Assembly (NCBI GenBank): GCA_963716725.1 | Contig: CAVQUB010000013.1 | Coordinates: forward strand, 288,001 to 352,000 | DNA from: an uncultured delta proteobacterium | GTDB lineage: Bacteria; Myxococcota_A; Polyangia; Polyangiales; Polyangiaceae | DNA: 64,000 bases | Reading direction: 5' to 3' | Shown: piece by piece, positions 59,957-64,000 of the stretch | How positions within the stretch are numbered: the first letter of the stretch is position 1 | Layout: every line of letters begins with the position of its first letter | Translations under genes and position numbers: made by a program | Notes under the pieces: model-generated | What the model saw: the letters and a program-made list of their open reading frames with translations, nothing else | Databases searched by the model: none | What the model was told of the DNA's origin: nothing

Positions 59957-61468
59957 TCAGCGCACGCCCTTGGCGCAGCAGCCGGCCTTGCAGTAGTTGC
60001 CGGCCGAGCACTGGGGCAGGCCGGCGCCGCAAGCCTGCTTGCCGTTCGGGCAGGGGTCGAGATCCTTCTGGATATCGCCGCCGCCGAGCTCGTACAGGTA
60101 CGGACCACCGGTCCCCCAAAAGTGGTTCAGGGTGCCGAAGCCAAAGCCTTCAATCATGGACTTCGTAGAGTCGTTGTACTCGTAGAGCTTCTCTTGCACC
60201 CAACCGCCGTTGTCGTCGCGCCGATACTGCCCGATGAAGTCCGACGTCATGTCGGAGACGTAGACGTACTGCTCTTTGGTCTTGGGCGAGACGACGACCT
60301 CCAGGCCGTCCATGTGGCTGCCGGCCATGTCGGGATAGCCGAACTCGACCACCCAGGACTTGGTGGGCACATGGTAGGAATAGACCCGTCGCGCGCCTTC
60401 GTTCCCGGCGTACCAGGTGGAGTCCGCAAAGCCCCAGCCGAGGAACGACATGCCGGTAGTCGCCACGGGTTGAACCGCCACGGACACGGCCCCGGTGGCG
60501 AACACGTACTCCGAGATCGCGCCGTTGTGGGTGGGACCGAGGCTGAAGATCTTGTCGTTGGACTGCGCATGCAGCGACGACTGACTCGCCGACCCCAGCG
60601 GCGCAAAGTCCGCCGCCTTGGCGTAGGTCTTCACTAGCTCGATGGTGCGCTCTTCGATCGGCCCGGTGGCGTCGGGGTTGTCGGGGTGCTGGTTGGGCTC
60701 GAGCTCTCCGTCCCCGTCCGAGTCGAGCAAGGTGATCTTGTAGACGTCGAGGTACTGCGCGCTTCGATTGACGTAGACGTACTCCCCCCAGGAGGTGACG
60801 TCGTAGCCGCCCAGGAACCCGGGCGTGCCCGCCGCGACCTGTTTGAAGGTCGCAAACTGGTAGTACTTGCCCGTCGGGGTCGAGGTGCCGACGACCGGCA
60901 CGGTCTTGCAGGTCCCGGTCGCCTGGTCGCACTTCTGACCTGACGTTGCCGCGCACACGGTCGCCGGCGACTTCGGCACCCACTTCGACGGCGGGCCCGG
61001 ATCACACTGCCGGATCTCGTTGCCGTAGCAGTTGAACTCCCCCGCGACGCAAGAGGTCTTGCAGGCGCCGGCGTTGCAGCCGAATTCGCAGTCGCTCAGC
61101 CCCTCCCACTCGCCGCTCGTCCCGCAGGTCTGCACCTTGTTGTACTTGCACTGGGTGGTGCCCGGCTTGCAGGTGCCGGCACACTCGCCGTTGACGCAGG
61201 TGAAGGGACAAGGCGCGGAGCTCACCCACTGGCCGTTGATCTGGCACGACTGAGGGATGTCGCCGCTGCACTGCACCGCCCCGGCGGTGCATTTGATCTC
61301 GATGCTGCCACCGGTGCCGCCGGTCGCCGAAGCGCCGCCGCCACCATCGGTCGCCCCGACTCCGCCCGTCGCGTTGCCGACCGTCCCGCCGCCGTCAGAG
61401 CCGCACGCCGCCATCGACGCCAAGACAGCGACGCCAGAAATCGAGGCCAATCCAAGCAAAGCTCTCAT
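59957..61468 (-). CDS. Cys-rich lipoprotein with C-terminal beta-propeller-like domain
   Basis: Lipobox MAAC, Gly linker, repeated C..G..QC..N..Q.C...G.W....C.F.C..G.C units. Confidence 0.75.
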   Translation of the reverse strand: MRALLGLASISGVAVLASMAACGSDGGGTVGNATGGVGATDGGGGASATGGTGGSIEIKCTAGAVQCSGDIPQSCQINGQWVSSAPCPFTCVNGECAGTCKPGTTQCKYNKVQTCGTSGEWEGLSDCEFGCNAGACKTSCVAGEFNCYGNEIRQCDPGPPSKWVPKSPATVCAATSGQKCDQATGTCKTVPVVGTSTPTGKYYQFATFKQVAAGTPGFLGGYDVTSWGEYVYVNRSAQYLDVYKITLLDSDGDGELEPNQHPDNPDATGPIEERTIELVKTYAKAADFAPLGSASQSSLHAQSNDKIFSLGPTHNGAISEYVFATGAVSVAVQPVATTGMSFLGWGFADSTWYAGNEGARRVYSYHVPTKSWVVEFGYPDMAGSHMDGLEVVVSPKTKEQYVYVSDMTSDFIGQYRRDDNGGWVQEKLYEYNDSTKSMIEGFGFGTLNHFWGTGGPYLYELGGGDIQKDLDPCPNGKQACGAGLPQCSAGNYCKAGCCAKGVR

Positions 61469-61534
61469 CCGCCTACCCTAGCAGATGGCCCAGGCTTCGC
61501 CGATGTAGGCGGCCTCGGCACACGGGAACCCTGA

Positions 61535-63847
61535 TCAGCGGCCCAGTGACTCGGCGCGATTCACGATGCGCGGCGTCAAGAAGATCACGAGCTCGCTGCG
61601 TGAATCACTGGCTCGTCGCCGTTGGAAGAGCAGGCCGAGCAGCGGGATGTCGCCGAAAAACGGGACCTGATCGAGGTTACGACCCGTGTTGCGAGTGAAG
61701 ATGCCACCGATCACCGCGGTGTGGCCGTCCATCACCAGCAGGTTGGTCTCGGCCTCGCGCTTGAGGATCGTCGGATCGCCTCGGGCCGAGGTCTGGTTGA
61801 AGTCGGGCTCGTCGCGGTTGATCTTGACCTTCATGCCGACGCTGCCGTCGGCCGTCACGTGGGGCTTCACCAGGAGTTGCAGCTTGGCCTCTTGGAAGGT
61901 CGTCTGCACGCCCTGTGCGCTGACCTGGCAGAAGGGGATCAACGTGCCCTGGGAGATGCGCGCCTCCTGGTTGTCGAGCGTCAGGATGCGCGGGCTCGAC
62001 AGGATGCGCAGCATGCCGCTGGCCTCGGCGGCCGAGAGACGCACGGCCAGGTTGATGTTGTTGTCGATGGAACCGAAGGACAGGCCGATGGCGCCACCTT
62101 GCCCGGTGCCCACCGCGGCGGGCAGGTTCACCGCGAAGTTCGGGTTCGCCACGGTGTTGCTGAAGGGCGAGAGACCGGCGGTCGGTGTATTCGCGTCGCT
62201 GGCGCCGCCGACTACGCCCACGGAGTTCGGGAAAGCGAGCCCCGTCGGGTTGCCCGTCGCGCCGCTGAATGAGGCGTCGCCGCCCCACTGGATGCCCACG
62301 TCGCGCAGATAGCGGCTGGTCGCCTCGACGATTCGGGCCTCGACCAGCACCTGCGGCGTCTGGGTGTCGAGGGATCGTGTGAGCTCTTCGATTTGGTTCA
62401 GATTGCCGGCAACGTCTCGGACGATCATCACGTTGGTGCGCTCGTCGACGGCGATCGATCCGCGCTCGCTGAGCAGATCCTTGGCGCGGGACTGGATCTC
62501 CGCCGCCTCGGCGTAGCTGACGGGGATGAGTCGCGTCTCGATGGGCGCGAGCTGCATCTCTTGCTTTCGCCGCGCGATGGCCATCTCGCGCTCTTTCTCC
62601 AGATCCGCGAGTGGCGCGACGCGGATCATGTTGCCCTGCCGCACCATGCCGAGGCTCTTTGCCTGCAGCACCACGTCCAGCGCCTGATCCCAGGGCACGT
62701 TGCGCATCCGGATGGTGACACTACCGCTGACGTTGTCGGCGGTGACGATGTTCACGCGCCCGACGTCCGCGAGCAGGCGGAGCACGTTGTGGATGTCGGC
62801 GTCCTTCAGATCGAGGTCGATGCGCCGACCGGTGTAGCCCGCCCGTCGGGTTTGCCCCAGCAGACTGGGTGTGACGGCGCTGGCCTGGTCGGCCTCGGTG
62901 GACTTCTCCACGGCTCCGGGGACGTAGCCGGCGTGGACCTGCGGGATGTCGGAGTACGAGTCCTCGACGTGCACGGTCTTGGTCTTGCGAGCGGCGCCGC
63001 CATCCTTCGCCACGCCAGTTCGGGTGGACGGCAGCGTGCCCGGCGCGAAGAACGACCACACCAGCGTGGTGCCGCTCTTGGCGATCTGCGCGGTGCTTGC
63101 AGAGTCGCTCTCGACCTCGAGGATCACGTCTTTGCTCTTCGGGTCGACGAAGCTCGAGACGGCGCTGACTCGTCCGCCGAAGGCCGACACGTCCAGCTTG
63201 CGGACCAGCGCTTCGGGCAGGGTCGCGCCTTCGACGACCAGGACGAAGCGCCCTCGACCGCTGCTGCTCTGGCGGAACTTCGCCGAGTGAGACAGATCGA
63301 TCAAGACCTTGTCTTCGAGCGTGCCATGCTCGAATCGAACGTCCGAGATCCGCGCTGCCACGTCTGCCACCGGCTCGGCCGCCGGGCGCCCGACGCGCTT
63401 CGTGCCAGACTCCTCCATGACGCCGGCCTTGCCCGGCACCAGGCTGATCACCAGCTTGTCGTTCTCTGCCCTGATGGCGTACTGCGCCTCTTCCATCAAC
63501 GTCACGAGCACGCGGGTGGTCTTCGTGTCGCCGATCTTGAAGGCCTGAGCCATCACGCCACCCACGACGCCGGTACGGCGGGTGATGGCTGCCGGCGCCC
63601 CCTTGATGTCGGCGCCGGGCACATCGACGATCAAGCGTCGGCCGTTCTGGTCGAGGCGCGCCGTGTACGTCGGGCGAGACGTGAAGCTCACCACCACGGC
63701 CGCGCCGCCGGAATCCGCGGCGTTCACGCGGATGTCGGTAGCGTGGCGCTGCCCTTCCGCAGCTTCTGCGACATTGGGTGCCACGAGCAATGAAAGCTCG
63801 AAAGCTGCTGCGATCACCATCGCAAGACGGAACGAAGTCGACCTCAT
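61535..63847 (-). CDS. pilQ: type IV pilus secretin PilQ with AMIN domains
   Basis: YTGRRIDLD.KDADI.NVLR, VPWDQALD, DERTN, QVL.EARIVE, LSSP.I.TLDN.EA.I.QG, GHT.VIGG, VPF.GDIP.LG.LF, ELVIF.TPRI. Confidence 0.96.
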   Translation of the reverse strand: MRSTSFRLAMVIAAAFELSLLVAPNVAEAAEGQRHATDIRVNAADSGGAAVVVSFTSRPTYTARLDQNGRRLIVDVPGADIKGAPAAITRRTGVVGGVMAQAFKIGDTKTTRVLVTLMEEAQYAIRAENDKLVISLVPGKAGVMEESGTKRVGRPAAEPVADVAARISDVRFEHGTLEDKVLIDLSHSAKFRQSSSGRGRFVLVVEGATLPEALVRKLDVSAFGGRVSAVSSFVDPKSKDVILEVESDSASTAQIAKSGTTLVWSFFAPGTLPSTRTGVAKDGGAARKTKTVHVEDSYSDIPQVHAGYVPGAVEKSTEADQASAVTPSLLGQTRRAGYTGRRIDLDLKDADIHNVLRLLADVGRVNIVTADNVSGSVTIRMRNVPWDQALDVVLQAKSLGMVRQGNMIRVAPLADLEKEREMAIARRKQEMQLAPIETRLIPVSYAEAAEIQSRAKDLLSERGSIAVDERTNVMIVRDVAGNLNQIEELTRSLDTQTPQVLVEARIVEATSRYLRDVGIQWGGDASFSGATGNPTGLAFPNSVGVVGGASDANTPTAGLSPFSNTVANPNFAVNLPAAVGTGQGGAIGLSFGSIDNNINLAVRLSAAEASGMLRILSSPRILTLDNQEARISQGTLIPFCQVSAQGVQTTFQEAKLQLLVKPHVTADGSVGMKVKINRDEPDFNQTSARGDPTILKREAETNLLVMDGHTAVIGGIFTRNTGRNLDQVPFFGDIPLLGLLFQRRRASDSRSELVIFLTPRIVNRAESLGR

Positions 63848-64000
63848 CCTCAGGCTCCGATCGTCGGTGCGAGCGAGCTGGCTCTATCCTGCTCGATCAC
63901 CCGTTTCACCATCGTAGCGACGCGGCCGCGAGACGAACAAATTCCAGGCCAACTCGGCTGCGCTTCATGAAGCGCGCCCGACCTGCCCTTCCACCGAAAC

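Noticed and set aside
63848..64000. 3' end of pilP upstream of pilQ
   Set aside because: No recognisable PilP C-terminus in these 150 bp; too short to call

Overview
GC-rich bacterial chromosome segment. The gene content points to Myxococcota, probably Polyangiales (inference): four Hanks-type Ser/Thr kinases, a kinase-TPR-GAF-sigma54 activator, Gly-linker Cys-rich lipoproteins and PilQ. Housekeeping and known genes include secA, xdhC/xdhA/xdhB, a Glu/Leu/Phe/Val dehydrogenase, cdsA, archease-rtcB, pilQ, a GldA/F/G-like ABC operon, an orphan Dam-class methyltransferase and an ECF sigma factor. Mobile DNA comprises an intact IS4 (IS50/Tn5-like) element nested in one of two copies of a 179-bp MITE-like element, both copies sitting exactly at TGA stop codons, plus an internally deleted IS630. 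The most notable candidates are a beta-barrel porin + 13-heme cytochrome + heme/Ig lipoprotein operon (possible trans-outer-membrane electron conduit), the stop-codon MITE with an apparent IS footprint, a kinase-macrodomain fusion next to an MglA-like pseudo-GTPase, and an orphan NosB-like gene. Several genes (secA, xdhB, two lipoproteins) have single-base frameshifts that are most likely sequencing or assembly errors. I saw no rRNA, tRNA or CRISPR array. All family assignments come from motif recognition by eye; no database searches were run.
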